From assembly GCA_018831045.1 (NCBI GenBank), contig JAHJRA010000044.1:20731-84730 (forward strand): 64,000 nt of DNA, written 5' to 3'. Under the pieces are notes generated by a model. It did no database searches. It was not told the DNA's origin and saw only the letters and a program-made list of their open reading frames with translations. The position numbers were made by a program, and so were the translations under genes. This DNA is from Gammaproteobacteria bacterium. Its GTDB lineage: Bacteria > Pseudomonadota > Gammaproteobacteria > Burkholderiales > Thiobacillaceae. Shown piece by piece: positions 49,748 to 58,910 of the stretch (position 1 is its first letter; each line of letters starts with the position of its first letter).

Positions 49748-50761
49748 ATGATCGATCTTTCCACCGACTACCTTGGCCTCACGCTCAAGAACCCGCTGGT
49801 GCCCTCGGCCTCGCCGCTGTCGCGCGACTTCGACACCGCATTGCGCCTGGAAGACGCCGGCGCCGCCGCGCTGGTGATGTATTCCCTGTTCGAGGAGGAA
49901 TTGCGGGCGGAAGACGCGATGATGGATCGCTTCCTGCTGCACGCCGGCATCGGGCACGGCGAGGCGGATGGGTTCCTGCCCGATGTCGGCGATTCTCAGG
50001 GCGGGCTGGAACGCTATCTGTCGCATCTGCATCAGCTCAAGCGGCGGCTGGAGATTCCCGTGGTCGCCAGCCTCAACGGCGTCTCCCCGTCCGGCTGGGT
50101 GGCGCTCGGCCGCGAATTGCAACAGGCCGGTGCCGATGCCCTCGAGCTCAACGTCTATCACGTGGCGGCCGACATGCAGCACGCCGGCACCGAAGTGGAG
50201 GCCCGCTACATCGAGCTGCTGACCGAACTGCGTCAGGTGGTCAGCCTGCCCATCGTGATGAAGCTGTCGCCGTATTTTTCCTCGCTGCCGCATTTCGTGA
50301 AGCAGCTGGAAATGGCTGGGGCGAACGGTGTCGCGCTGTTCAATCGCTTCTACCAGCCCGACATCGACCTCGAAGCATTACGCATGGTCGATCAGCTGCA
50401 TCTGTCGCATCCCGACGAGGCGCTGCTGCGCATCCGCTGGATCGCCATCCTGCATGGCCGCACCCGCCTCACGCTGGCGGCCACCGGTGGCGTTCACGGC
50501 CTGGACGAAACCCTGAAACTGCTGCTGGCCGGCGCCGATGTGGTGCATCTCGCTTCCTGCCTGCTGCAGCACGGGCCCGGCAAGCTGACCGAAATCCTGG
50601 CGTTTTTGCAGAACTGGATGGAAGCAAAGGAATATGAATCGGTCGCGCAACTGAAAGGCAGCATGAGCCAGCAAAACCTGCCCGATCCTTCGGTGGTGGC
50701 GCGTGCGAGTTATTTGCGCGTGCTGGACAGCTTTACGACGCGGCCGGGCGTGTGGTCCTGA
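49748..50761 (+). CDS. Dihydroorotate dehydrogenase-like FMN protein
   Basis: YLGL.LKNPLV.SASP, SLFEE, KLSPYF, FNRFYQPDID and ATGGV. Confidence 0.88.
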   Translation: MIDLSTDYLGLTLKNPLVPSASPLSRDFDTALRLEDAGAAALVMYSLFEEELRAEDAMMDRFLLHAGIGHGEADGFLPDVGDSQGGLERYLSHLHQLKRRLEIPVVASLNGVSPSGWVALGRELQQAGADALELNVYHVAADMQHAGTEVEARYIELLTELRQVVSLPIVMKLSPYFSSLPHFVKQLEMAGANGVALFNRFYQPDIDLEALRMVDQLHLSHPDEALLRIRWIAILHGRTRLTLAATGGVHGLDETLKLLLAGADVVHLASCLLQHGPGKLTEILAFLQNWMEAKEYESVAQLKGSMSQQNLPDPSVVARASYLRVLDSFTTRPGVWS

Positions 50762-50899
50762 ATCGGCCTCGGCTACAGGCTCACAGCCCCAGTTCCGCAT
50801 CGGTCGCGCTGTGTTCCTGCTTGCTCTGGACCAGAAGGGGCGACGATAGCCTGAACAGTCAGCCGTCGGCGCGGGCCGAGTGGAACCCGGCTCCCCGGT

Positions 50900-52111
50900 T
50901 CATGCGGCTTTCGTGAACAAATCGACCCGGATGGGCATGTGGAAAGTCACCCCCTCGGGGGTCATGTGCTGATTGAATTTCGTGCGCACGGTGTCGATCA
51001 GCTCGGGCGATAACGAGTGGTCGGTGTGCGTCACCTTGAGGATGCGGTCCTCATACTGCCTGAAATCCGCAAAGTGCATCGGCTGCAGAAAAAAGGTCTG
51101 TTTCAGCAGCGACAGCTTGTGTGTGGAAACCGCCTTCAGCTCTGCCGCAAACGCCGCATCGCGCACGGCTTTTTCGTCGTGGAACAGCCGCAGGATGTCG
51201 TTGAATTCGCCGGCGTAAACCGGTTCCGAAATATAAGCCATGCCCCCCGGTTTCAATACCCGGTGAATCTCGGTCAGCGCGTCGTCCATCAGGTCGGTGG
51301 GAACGTGATGCAGCGACTTGAACATCATCACGATGTCGAAGCACGCGTCCGCAGCCGGGATGGCCTCGGCGCCGCCAAACTCGAAGCGGATATTGGCGGG
51401 CGCATCCGATGCCTGGTTGTCGGCGAGCTGGATCGTGTCCACTTCCAGTGCCAGCACCGAAGCCGCCGTCTGGGCAAGCAGCCGGGTCTTGTCCGCCTTG
51501 CCGCAACCGAGTTCGAGCACGTTCGCGCCCGGCAGGGTCAGCAGTTCGTTGAGCAGGTCTTTCTCGTCGGCTACGAGGCTGACATCAGGGTCTGCGATTC
51601 GCATTTCGTTGGGGGTCATATCAAGGTTTGAATTTGAAGGGAGTACCGGGCAGGTTAGCTCAGTCTGGCGCCTGTTATTGAACAAAAAATCAAACCTCTT
51701 TTTTAGGGAGGGTTGATTGCGCCGGGGCGGGACGGACCACCATGTGGCTGCGACGATCAGCCCAAACAGGGTGTAGACCAGCGTGAATACCCAGCCAGGC
51801 GCCTCGAAGTAAAGCACGTTCTGCAGCCAATACTCGATGAAGCTTCCTGAGTAGGTTGTTTCCCGGGCCCTGGCGCGCAACCACATTTCAATCGCGGTCA
51901 GTGGGCACGCTGCGCCAAGCCAGGATTGGGCGACCACCACCGTGATGGCGGCCAGGTGCGCCAGACGGAACCACAGAGACCTGACCCAGCGCCAGTCGCG
52001 CCAGCTGCCCACGACAATGAAGACAAGCCCGCCCACGACAAACACGACGAAGGCGAGGTGCACAAACAGCACCGCATCGGCGAGGAGCTGATAGGGCGGG
52101 ATGACGCTCAC
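50900..52111 (-). CDS. In-frame DUF2784 membrane domain plus class I SAM methyltransferase (probably two genes read as one ORF)
   Basis: N-terminal LADAVLFVHLAF...CPLT (DUF2784); C-terminal VLELGCGKA...SLHHVP; low-complexity linker containing a terminator-like hairpin. Confidence 0.7.
   Translation of the reverse strand: MSVIPPYQLLADAVLFVHLAFVVFVVGGLVFIVVGSWRDWRWVRSLWFRLAHLAAITVVVAQSWLGAACPLTAIEMWLRARARETTYSGSFIEYWLQNVLYFEAPGWVFTLVYTLFGLIVAATWWSVPPRRNQPSLKKRFDFLFNNRRQTELTCPVLPSNSNLDMTPNEMRIADPDVSLVADEKDLLNELLTLPGANVLELGCGKADKTRLLAQTAASVLALEVDTIQLADNQASDAPANIRFEFGGAEAIPAADACFDIVMMFKSLHHVPTDLMDDALTEIHRVLKPGGMAYISEPVYAGEFNDILRLFHDEKAVRDAAFAAELKAVSTHKLSLLKQTFFLQPMHFADFRQYEDRILKVTHTDHSLSPELIDTVRTKFNQHMTPEGVTFHMPIRVDLFTKAA
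51681..51718 (-). terminator. Terminator-like hairpin in the DUF2784-methyltransferase linker
   Basis: Minus strand AATCAACCCTC-cctaaaaaa-GAGGTTTGATT-TTTTGTT. Confidence 0.5.
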
Positions 52112-52209
52112 AAGCCGTGCCCGATGTCCGGATGAACCGCGGGTCCCGTTAATCGGAATTCAATTCCGCTGTGGGTGTGCGTCACGGATGTCATGTCTTG
52201 TGGCCGGGA

Positions 52210-52863
52210 TCAGGGATGACGCGCGCGCTGGGCCGTCATCAAAAACACCGGGTAGTCCCGTGTCCCGCGCTCGCGTTCCTTGGCAATGCTGAACACGGGC
52301 TGGAACCGGATATCGGAAAAACCGGCTTGTGTAGCGCGCCGTCCCAGGTCGGCCTGCTCGAAGCCGTGGTGAACGTCGACCTCGAGGCCGTGGAAGGAGC
52401 CGTCTTCCCGATCGAGGTCGGCGATGCACAGATAGCCGCCGGGCTGCAGCAAGTCGTGGAAGATGCGCAGGATGGCATCGGTGTCGGGCACATGGTGCAG
52501 CGTCATTGCGGTGACGATCAGGTCGAATCTTTCGGAGGGGGCCGGGTCGCTCAGCAGATCCAGCTGCAGCGGCGTCATGTTGCGCACCCCTTGCGCAGCG
52601 ATTTTTTCTTTCACCACCTCCAGCATGCCGCTCGAACTGTCTGCCAGCAGGATCGCGCCGAGTTCATCCTTGAGCGGAAACGACAGCAGGCCGGTGCCGC
52701 AGCCGTAATCGAGCGCGCGCATCCGGGGATGCAAGGGCACGGCTTGCCGGATGGCCTGCGCGATTTTCAGTCCGCGTTCCCGGAACACCGGGTTGTCGTC
52801 CCATAGACGGGCCTTGCTGTCGAAATGTGCAGCGTCGAGCTGGGTGGGGGGCGTGTCGGTCAT
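52210..52863 (-). CDS. Class I SAM-dependent methyltransferase
   Basis: FDSKARLWD, LDYGCGTG and MTLHHVPD. Confidence 0.88.
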   Translation of the reverse strand: MTDTPPTQLDAAHFDSKARLWDDNPVFRERGLKIAQAIRQAVPLHPRMRALDYGCGTGLLSFPLKDELGAILLADSSSGMLEVVKEKIAAQGVRNMTPLQLDLLSDPAPSERFDLIVTAMTLHHVPDTDAILRIFHDLLQPGGYLCIADLDREDGSFHGLEVDVHHGFEQADLGRRATQAGFSDIRFQPVFSIAKERERGTRDYPVFLMTAQRARHP

Positions 52864-52877
52864 GGTGAGGCAAGGTT

Positions 52878-54014
52878 TCAAATGGATTGGGTCTGGTTGC
52901 GGCCCAGGGCCTTGGCCTTGTAAAGCGCCTGGTCTGCGCGGGTCTGCAAAGCCGCCAGCGAGTCATCCTGGCCCAGCCATTCCGAAATGCCAATACTGAC
53001 TGACCAGGCGATCGGCTGGCCTGTTTTCCCTGCCTGGTGCAAGCGGTCTGCTGTGAGCGTGGCGTGTTCGGCATCCGTGTCCGGGAGGATGGCCATGAAT
53101 TCATCGCCGCCAAAACGCGTGAGCCGGTCAGTCTCCCGGAGTGCGGTTTTGGCCTTGCCGGAAAAATCGACCAGCACCTTGTCGCCCTCGAGATGGCCGT
53201 GCGTGTCGTTGATGTTCTTGAAATTGTCCAGATCGATGAGCATGATCGACAGCTTGTTGCCGTGTCGTTTGGTCCAGGCAATTTCCCGCTGCAATTCCTC
53301 CATCGCCGCTTTTTTGTTGAGGCATTGCGTCAGGTCGTCGTAGCGGCTGATGAATTCCAGGTCCCGGTGCAGTTTTTCAGCCGCGAGCAAGATGAGGCTG
53401 ATCGTTCCGAGCGGAATCGTGATGGAAGGAATGGCGAGATAGACAAGCTGCGGAATCGATGGGTCGAACACACCAACAGGCGGGTCGAATCCCAGCATCA
53501 AGCCGCCCAGCCGGATGAGCTTGGGCACGATCAGGATAACCAGCGAAGCAACCAGAATATGGCGTCCTGTCGTTGGGGGCAGTTTCTTCAGCACAAAAAC
53601 CAGCTGATCGAGAATGACGACGAGGGTGAATGCACTCATCGTCGCAATCCGCATCCCGATATTCGAGTGGATGAAGGTGAACCACACAAACAGCGAAACA
53701 TAGGCAAGCACGAACAAAACCAGCGCCACCCGGTTCGACCGGGGTGGCGCCCCTGCAAACTTCCTGACGCCCTGATTCATCATCATGAAGCCGATCAGGA
53801 TCATCAGATTGGCCAACACAATGCTGAATGCGTCCGGAATCACGCCCCTGGCAATGAACAGCGGCAGACTGAGTCCGATGACGAGCGCGGCCGCACTCCA
53901 TTCGGTCAGACCGCGAATGTTTTTGGGATAGGTCTTCGCAATCGTGAACAGGATCGCGCCCATGGCCAGGGCCACAAAACACGAGATCGTCAGGATTATC
54001 AGGGGGGCATTCAT
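52878..54014 (-). CDS. Membrane-bound diguanylate cyclase
   Basis: Multi-TM N-terminus, DDLTQCLN, DLDNFK and RETD...FGGDEF. Confidence 0.9.
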   Translation of the reverse strand: MNAPLIILTISCFVALAMGAILFTIAKTYPKNIRGLTEWSAAALVIGLSLPLFIARGVIPDAFSIVLANLMILIGFMMMNQGVRKFAGAPPRSNRVALVLFVLAYVSLFVWFTFIHSNIGMRIATMSAFTLVVILDQLVFVLKKLPPTTGRHILVASLVILIVPKLIRLGGLMLGFDPPVGVFDPSIPQLVYLAIPSITIPLGTISLILLAAEKLHRDLEFISRYDDLTQCLNKKAAMEELQREIAWTKRHGNKLSIMLIDLDNFKNINDTHGHLEGDKVLVDFSGKAKTALRETDRLTRFGGDEFMAILPDTDAEHATLTADRLHQAGKTGQPIAWSVSIGISEWLGQDDSLAALQTRADQALYKAKALGRNQTQSI

Positions 54015-54130
54015 GGGGGTGGCTTGTGTGCTGCCAGGTCGATTGCTGCATCGGATGCAATGCTCGTCCTGGATGAGTCGGGACAGAAACCGCCATTATC
54101 CTAGGGAAATGCCTGGTGTGTTTCAGCTCG

Positions 54131-54682
54131 CTACAGTCGATTTGTTCCACGACCAGAAATATTCGGGTCTGGCTGATCCGGATTTTGCAGCACGGTCGCC
54201 CAGCGTGTCAGCTTTTCTTCAAACGGCATGGCCGCATGGGCCGGACTGGTGGACGGCAGCGTTGCGTAGCGGATGGCGCGCAGGGTGGCGGGCAAGCCGG
54301 GCAGCACGAGCCGCCGGTAGAGGTCGGCCGCCTTGCCGCCGTTGAAGCAGATCAAACCGACATCCGGATGGGATTCGATGAACGCAGCGAGTTCGTTCGG
54401 CACCACGCTCGAATGCACGATCGCGGCGTCGAGGCTGCCCGGCCGTTGCGCAGAAGCGCAGACATCCCACAGGGCGATCCTGTTTTGTACCAGGCGTTGC
54501 ATGCGATCGGCGTAGGGCCATTCCGGGCCTGCATCAAAGAGGCGTCCCATGATTTTCCAGAACGCGTTTTGCGGCTGGGCGTAGTACTGCTGCCGCTGCA
54601 GCGATACCTGTCCGGGCAGGCTGCCGAGAATCAGCACCCGCGCGTGCAAGTCGGCAATGGGCGGGAAACACTTGTCATGCAT
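54131..54682 (-). CDS. Uracil-DNA glycosylase superfamily, DNA-deoxyinosine glycosylase (HDG/Mug-like)
   Basis: LILGSLPG..SL..QYYA.P.NAFW, GSLDAAI and LPSTSPA. Confidence 0.88.
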   Translation of the reverse strand: MHDKCFPPIADLHARVLILGSLPGQVSLQRQQYYAQPQNAFWKIMGRLFDAGPEWPYADRMQRLVQNRIALWDVCASAQRPGSLDAAIVHSSVVPNELAAFIESHPDVGLICFNGGKAADLYRRLVLPGLPATLRAIRYATLPSTSPAHAAMPFEEKLTRWATVLQNPDQPDPNISGRGTNRL

Positions 54683-55532
54683 AGACTGACTCGCTCCGCG
54701 CAAAACCCGTCAGCCGCACATCCACGCTGAGCGACAGCGCCGTCAGCGCAGCGGCCTGTGCGCGGCCCTCGGCGCTGGCACGGTAGAGATGCGGCGTCAT
54801 GGTCAGCAGATCGGCAATCTGTTCGGCATGGGTCAGTTCGATCGAGAAGCGCAGTGATTCCGTCGGCAAGCGGCTGAAGCCTGCGGGCGTGTGCAGCTCG
54901 GCCGTGCGTTCCGGTTTCAGACTGGGGTAGATGATTTCGCGCAGTTCGCGCAGATGGTCCGGCCCGGCGTCGACCTGCAACAGTCGACCGCCCGGCTTCA
55001 ACACCCGCGCAAACTCCGCATATACCGGGAAGCCGAACATGCACAGCACGCGGTCCAGCGTGCCCGGCAGCACCGGCAGATTGGCGTTGCTGCCCACCAC
55101 CCAGTTAGGTCGCCTGTCCTGTTTGGCCGCCGACAGCACCGCCCACTTGGAAATATCCAGCCCCAGCAATGCCAGCGTTTGACCCTCCGGCACCGCTGCC
55201 GCCAACTGGCGCAGGTAATAGCCCTCGCCACAGCCAGCATCGAGACAACTGATGCTTGCGTCAGCAGGCAGATCGGCCAGAACCGCCCGGCTCACCGCTG
55301 CGGCAATCGGCTGGTAAAAGCCGGCCGTCAGAAAATGCCGCCGCGCCGCGATCATCTCCTTGCTGTCGCCCGGGTCGCGTGAGCGCTTGTTTTGCACCGG
55401 TAACAGATTCGTGTAGCCCTGGCTGGCGATGTCGAAACTGTGGCCGGCCGCGCAGCGCCAGGCGGAACCGGTGCAATGCAAGGGTGTGCCGTCCAGCGGA
55501 CAGGCCAGTGCCTGGAATGGGGTGATGCTCAT
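54675..55532 (-). CDS. RlmA-like putative RNA methyltransferase
   Basis: Zn motif CPLD...C..GHSFD, GYTNLLP, ARR.FL..GFY and LDAGCGEGYY. Confidence 0.88.
   Translation of the reverse strand: MSITPFQALACPLDGTPLHCTGSAWRCAAGHSFDIASQGYTNLLPVQNKRSRDPGDSKEMIAARRHFLTAGFYQPIAAAVSRAVLADLPADASISCLDAGCGEGYYLRQLAAAVPEGQTLALLGLDISKWAVLSAAKQDRRPNWVVGSNANLPVLPGTLDRVLCMFGFPVYAEFARVLKPGGRLLQVDAGPDHLRELREIIYPSLKPERTAELHTPAGFSRLPTESLRFSIELTHAEQIADLLTMTPHLYRASAEGRAQAAALTALSLSVDVRLTGFARSESVYA
55453..55494. repeat. Direct repeat copy A (5' end of rlmA-like gene)
   Basis: 38 of 42 bases identical to 56581-56622. Confidence 0.85.
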
Positions 55533-55720
55533 TGACTATGGTCCAGACAGCTTATGGTGTGCGCTAATTTAGTGCGAAAACCGTCATTTTTCTGGCTTAT
55601 TCGAAACTTTAACGATGTACTGGTTATGGGGCTTGTAAACATATTTACGCCAACTATGCTTGATTTCGCATTTGGGTTTTTCTGTTGCATTGGGCCAGTT
55701 CGTTATTCAAGGGGCACGCC

Positions 55721-56545
55721 ATGAAACTGCATCGAACATTGTTCGGATTCACGCTTGTTACCGTTGCAGTTCTCGTCGGCAATCAGGCCCATGCGACCGC
55801 CACACTCGGCGGGGTGGTGTCCCTCGTCGGAGGCTCTGGTGCCTGTAATTTCAGCCAGCTGGTTCCGCTGAACACCCAGCAGGATACCTTTGTGCTCAAC
55901 GGAGCGACCGGTTGTCTGGGCACTTCATCCAGCGTCGATCTGCATGGAGAGGCGGCGACCGGTACGATCGGCCTGCGCGCGACGTCGAGTGGCAACGGGT
56001 TGGGTAGCAGTCAAGCTGCAGCACAAGTGTATTACAGCGACCATTGGCTGCTTACGCCACCAGCAGGTTTGGCTAATGGAACGTACAGCATTCCCGTCTC
56101 ACTCACGCTGGGGGGCAACATTTCTCCCGGGGCATTGTACGGTTTTCAATTTAACCGTTTTCTGGACTACAGCTTGTCGGTACGTGATTTATACGCAGGG
56201 ATATCTCCCTCAACCCTGTTCAGTGTTAACGGCTCGATTTCCACTACCGGGGCGTTTACACAAACCTTCAACGGCAATGTGAATTTCCGCTATTTCGGTC
56301 CAGGTTCAGCCTTGCCGATGACTGCCGAGGTTATCGCCAGCCTTTCCCTGCCTGGCTTGAATGAGGGTGTCGTCGATTTCTACAATACGGCGTCGATTTC
56401 GATGCAGCTACCGTCTGGGTTTTCGGCCGCCACCTCATCGGGGCTACCCTTGGTTTTCCCGCCCGTGCCTGAGCCACGCACTAGCGCGATGATGTTAGTG
56501 GGCCTCGGGCTTCTTGCATGGCGTGGGCGTCACCCGTACACGTAA
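55721..56545 (+). CDS. PEP-CTERM sorting-domain surface protein
   Basis: Signal peptide, S/T/G-rich body, C-terminal VPEP-hydrophobic helix-RGRH. Confidence 0.9.
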   Translation: MKLHRTLFGFTLVTVAVLVGNQAHATATLGGVVSLVGGSGACNFSQLVPLNTQQDTFVLNGATGCLGTSSSVDLHGEAATGTIGLRATSSGNGLGSSQAAAQVYYSDHWLLTPPAGLANGTYSIPVSLTLGGNISPGALYGFQFNRFLDYSLSVRDLYAGISPSTLFSVNGSISTTGAFTQTFNGNVNFRYFGPGSALPMTAEVIASLSLPGLNEGVVDFYNTASISMQLPSGFSAATSSGLPLVFPPVPEPRTSAMMLVGLGLLAWRGRHPYT

Positions 56546-56580
56546 GGCAAAGGGCATCAATAGGCGAAGCACATTGCGCA

Positions 56581-56634
56581 CAGCGCCAGGCGGAACCGGT
56601 GTGATGCAAGGGCCTGCCGTCCGCTTCATTGACT
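56581..56634. repeat. Direct repeat copy B: decayed remnant of the rlmA-like 5' end
   Basis: 42-bp match, then tcattgact (same as 55529-55537, spanning the rlmA ATG) after an apparent internal deletion. Confidence 0.8.
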
Positions 56635-56644
56635 CATTCACCGT

Positions 56645-58705
56645 TCAAAACGCCATATGGTAAGCCGTTGCCAGCCACATGTCGGGCGCTGCGCCTTCGG
56701 TCGTCACATTCAGCATGAGCGAAGCCGTGCCTCGCCCTAGCTTGCCTTCCACGCCGCCGCCCGCGCGCAGCCAGGTTTGCTTGTTGTCGGTGCCGGCAAT
56801 ATCGAAACCGAACAGACCCACTACCTGACCCCGGGTGTTGGCCTGATTTTCCTGAAACAGGTGGGCGGCTTCGATGATGCCAATCAGCCGCATGGAACCG
56901 GCAAGCGGATGGCTGCCATTGGCGCCGATGCGCAACTGCGTCGCCTTGTTCGTGCGCGCGTCGTAAGCCACCGGAAAGCCGCCGCCGGTTTCGGTGTAGG
57001 CATCCGTGCGCGTTTCGCTGTGGCTCAGGTCGGCGTAGGGCGTGGCGCTGATCTGCCCGAACGACAGCGCAGCATCCCAGTCGAGCCGGGCGCGCAGTCC
57101 CCAGGTGGACGTATCGGCATTGCCGTCGGACGTCGTCGGCAAACCCGCATTCAGATAGCCGCGGCGAACCTCCGCCTCGCCCCACATGCCGTAGGCAGCA
57201 AATGTCGCCCATAGCTTCTGCGGCAGCGGCAGCAAGGCCTCGGCCATCAAATAGGTGCCATCGGATTGGGCTTCGCCCGCCAGCGCGAAATTTTGTTTGC
57301 TCCAGGCTTGCCCCAGCGACAGATTGAGCTGCACGCTGCCCAGGTTTGCCCCGCCCCCCAGCTCGGCCGCACCCAGATCGCCGTCGCGCGTGTCGTGGTT
57401 GTCTGTGCCCCAATCGCCCGATACCCAGATAACCTTTTTCCCCGCGGCCACCCGGCGCGCCAGCGGCCGGCTGTGCTCGCCATGCATCACCAGATTGCTC
57501 ATGCCAAGCGTCATGTCGCCCGCACGGCTGGCTTCAAGCAGACTTTGCTGCAAGCCGGCCAGGCTGACCGAGCCACTGCCCACAGCCGACACGCGCGCCA
57601 GAAAGGCTTCGGTGCCAGACGGGCCGCCGTACGATTCCCCGACAACCGTACTGCCATCCGCCGAAACGTCCGTGGCACTGGCCAGTCGATAGCCCGGCGC
57701 GACAGTCACGCCTGCGGCCGAGAGCCAGTCGGTCACGCTTTGCATCCCGCCCGCCTGCGTCCAGCGGAACGCCTGCTGGTGGTTGCTGGCGTTAACGCCG
57801 CGTCCCACCACGACTGAGCCATCGCTGTTCACGCCATTGGCAACACTGTCGAATACCCCGCCAGCCAGATCGCCGAGGCCCACGATCCCGCCCGCCTGGG
57901 TCCAGCGGAACGCCTCCTGGCCGTTGGCGCTCGTGCTATATCCCACCACCACCGAGCCATTGCCACTCACGCCGAAGGCTTCACTGAAGAAAGACCCGCC
58001 GGCCAGATCGCCGAGGCCCACCATCCCGCCCGCCTGGGTCCAGCGGAATGCCTCATAGCCGCTGGCGCTGCGGCCCATTCCCACCACGACCGAGCCATCG
58101 TCGTTCACGCCGAGGCCGACACTGTAAAAGCTTCCGCCTGCCAGATCGCCGAGACCCACCATCCCGCCCACCTGCGTCCAGCGGAACGCCTCATAGGCGA
58201 AGCTGCCGTTTTTGCCATATCCCACCACGACCGACCCATCGCCGTTTGTGGCGAAAGCCTCACTTTCGAATTGTCCGCCCGGCAGATCGCCGAGGCCCAC
58301 GATCCCGCCCGCCTGCGTCCAGCGGAACGCCTCAAAGTTGCTGCCCGCGTTACTGCGTCCACGTCCCACCACCACCGCGCCATCGCCGCTCACGCCGTTG
58401 GCCAGGCTTTCGAATATTCCTCCCGCCAGATCGCCCAGGCCCACCATGCCGCCCGCCTGCGTCCAGCGGGTCGCCTCGTAGCCGCTGGCACCGGTGCTGC
58501 GCCCCACCACAACGGTGCCGTCATCGCTCACGCCAGTGGCATAACTTGTAAATCCCCCGCCTGTCAGATCGCCCAGTGGCGTGAATTCGGATGCGCCGAC
58601 TGCCAGCGGGGCAAGGCAGGCCACATATAGTGCGGCCCGCAACAAGGTCAGGGTGAGTTTGGGCTGGAATGAAGAAACCAAGCCGGTAGAACGGATGGAG
58701 TGCAT
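56645..58705 (-). CDS. Autotransporter with HAF-like extracellular repeat passenger
   Basis: Seven ~46-aa repeats (GLGDLAGG.F.S.A.GV..DGSVVVG...EAFRWTQAGG), a beta-barrel-like C-terminus and terminal Phe. Confidence 0.85.
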   Translation of the reverse strand: MHSIRSTGLVSSFQPKLTLTLLRAALYVACLAPLAVGASEFTPLGDLTGGGFTSYATGVSDDGTVVVGRSTGASGYEATRWTQAGGMVGLGDLAGGIFESLANGVSGDGAVVVGRGRSNAGSNFEAFRWTQAGGIVGLGDLPGGQFESEAFATNGDGSVVVGYGKNGSFAYEAFRWTQVGGMVGLGDLAGGSFYSVGLGVNDDGSVVVGMGRSASGYEAFRWTQAGGMVGLGDLAGGSFFSEAFGVSGNGSVVVGYSTSANGQEAFRWTQAGGIVGLGDLAGGVFDSVANGVNSDGSVVVGRGVNASNHQQAFRWTQAGGMQSVTDWLSAAGVTVAPGYRLASATDVSADGSTVVGESYGGPSGTEAFLARVSAVGSGSVSLAGLQQSLLEASRAGDMTLGMSNLVMHGEHSRPLARRVAAGKKVIWVSGDWGTDNHDTRDGDLGAAELGGGANLGSVQLNLSLGQAWSKQNFALAGEAQSDGTYLMAEALLPLPQKLWATFAAYGMWGEAEVRRGYLNAGLPTTSDGNADTSTWGLRARLDWDAALSFGQISATPYADLSHSETRTDAYTETGGGFPVAYDARTNKATQLRIGANGSHPLAGSMRLIGIIEAAHLFQENQANTRGQVVGLFGFDIAGTDNKQTWLRAGGGVEGKLGRGTASLMLNVTTEGAAPDMWLATAYHMAF
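57600..58590 (-). repeat. Intragenic ~138-bp tandem repeats (6 conserved, 1 divergent)
   Basis: Recurring ccagatcgccgaggccca and gtccagcggaacgcct. Confidence 0.85.
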
Positions 58706-58910
58706 GGGTTTCCTTGGCTTGAAGGGAAAGAACTTCCGGGGACACGATGCCGTCGGTTGGCGGCATCGTTGGATGTAACGTGTTAACGCGTCAAACCCGG
58801 CGTTCTTGAGGAGACAGACAAAGGCCGGGCTGAGTCGAGTCTTTAGCTGCTTACCCTAACTGCATCAAGACAAGGCTTGCTACCCCATGAATGCATACCG
58901 GATAACGGAA

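Noticed and set aside
55674-55689. Sigma54 promoter for the PEP-CTERM gene (GG-N10-GC with TTGCA)
   Set aside because: Biologically plausible, but the -24 context (GGGTTT) is too degenerate to call.
57600-58590. CRISPR-like periodic repeats
   Set aside because: The repeats are in-frame protein repeats with conserved intervening sequence, and there are no cas genes.
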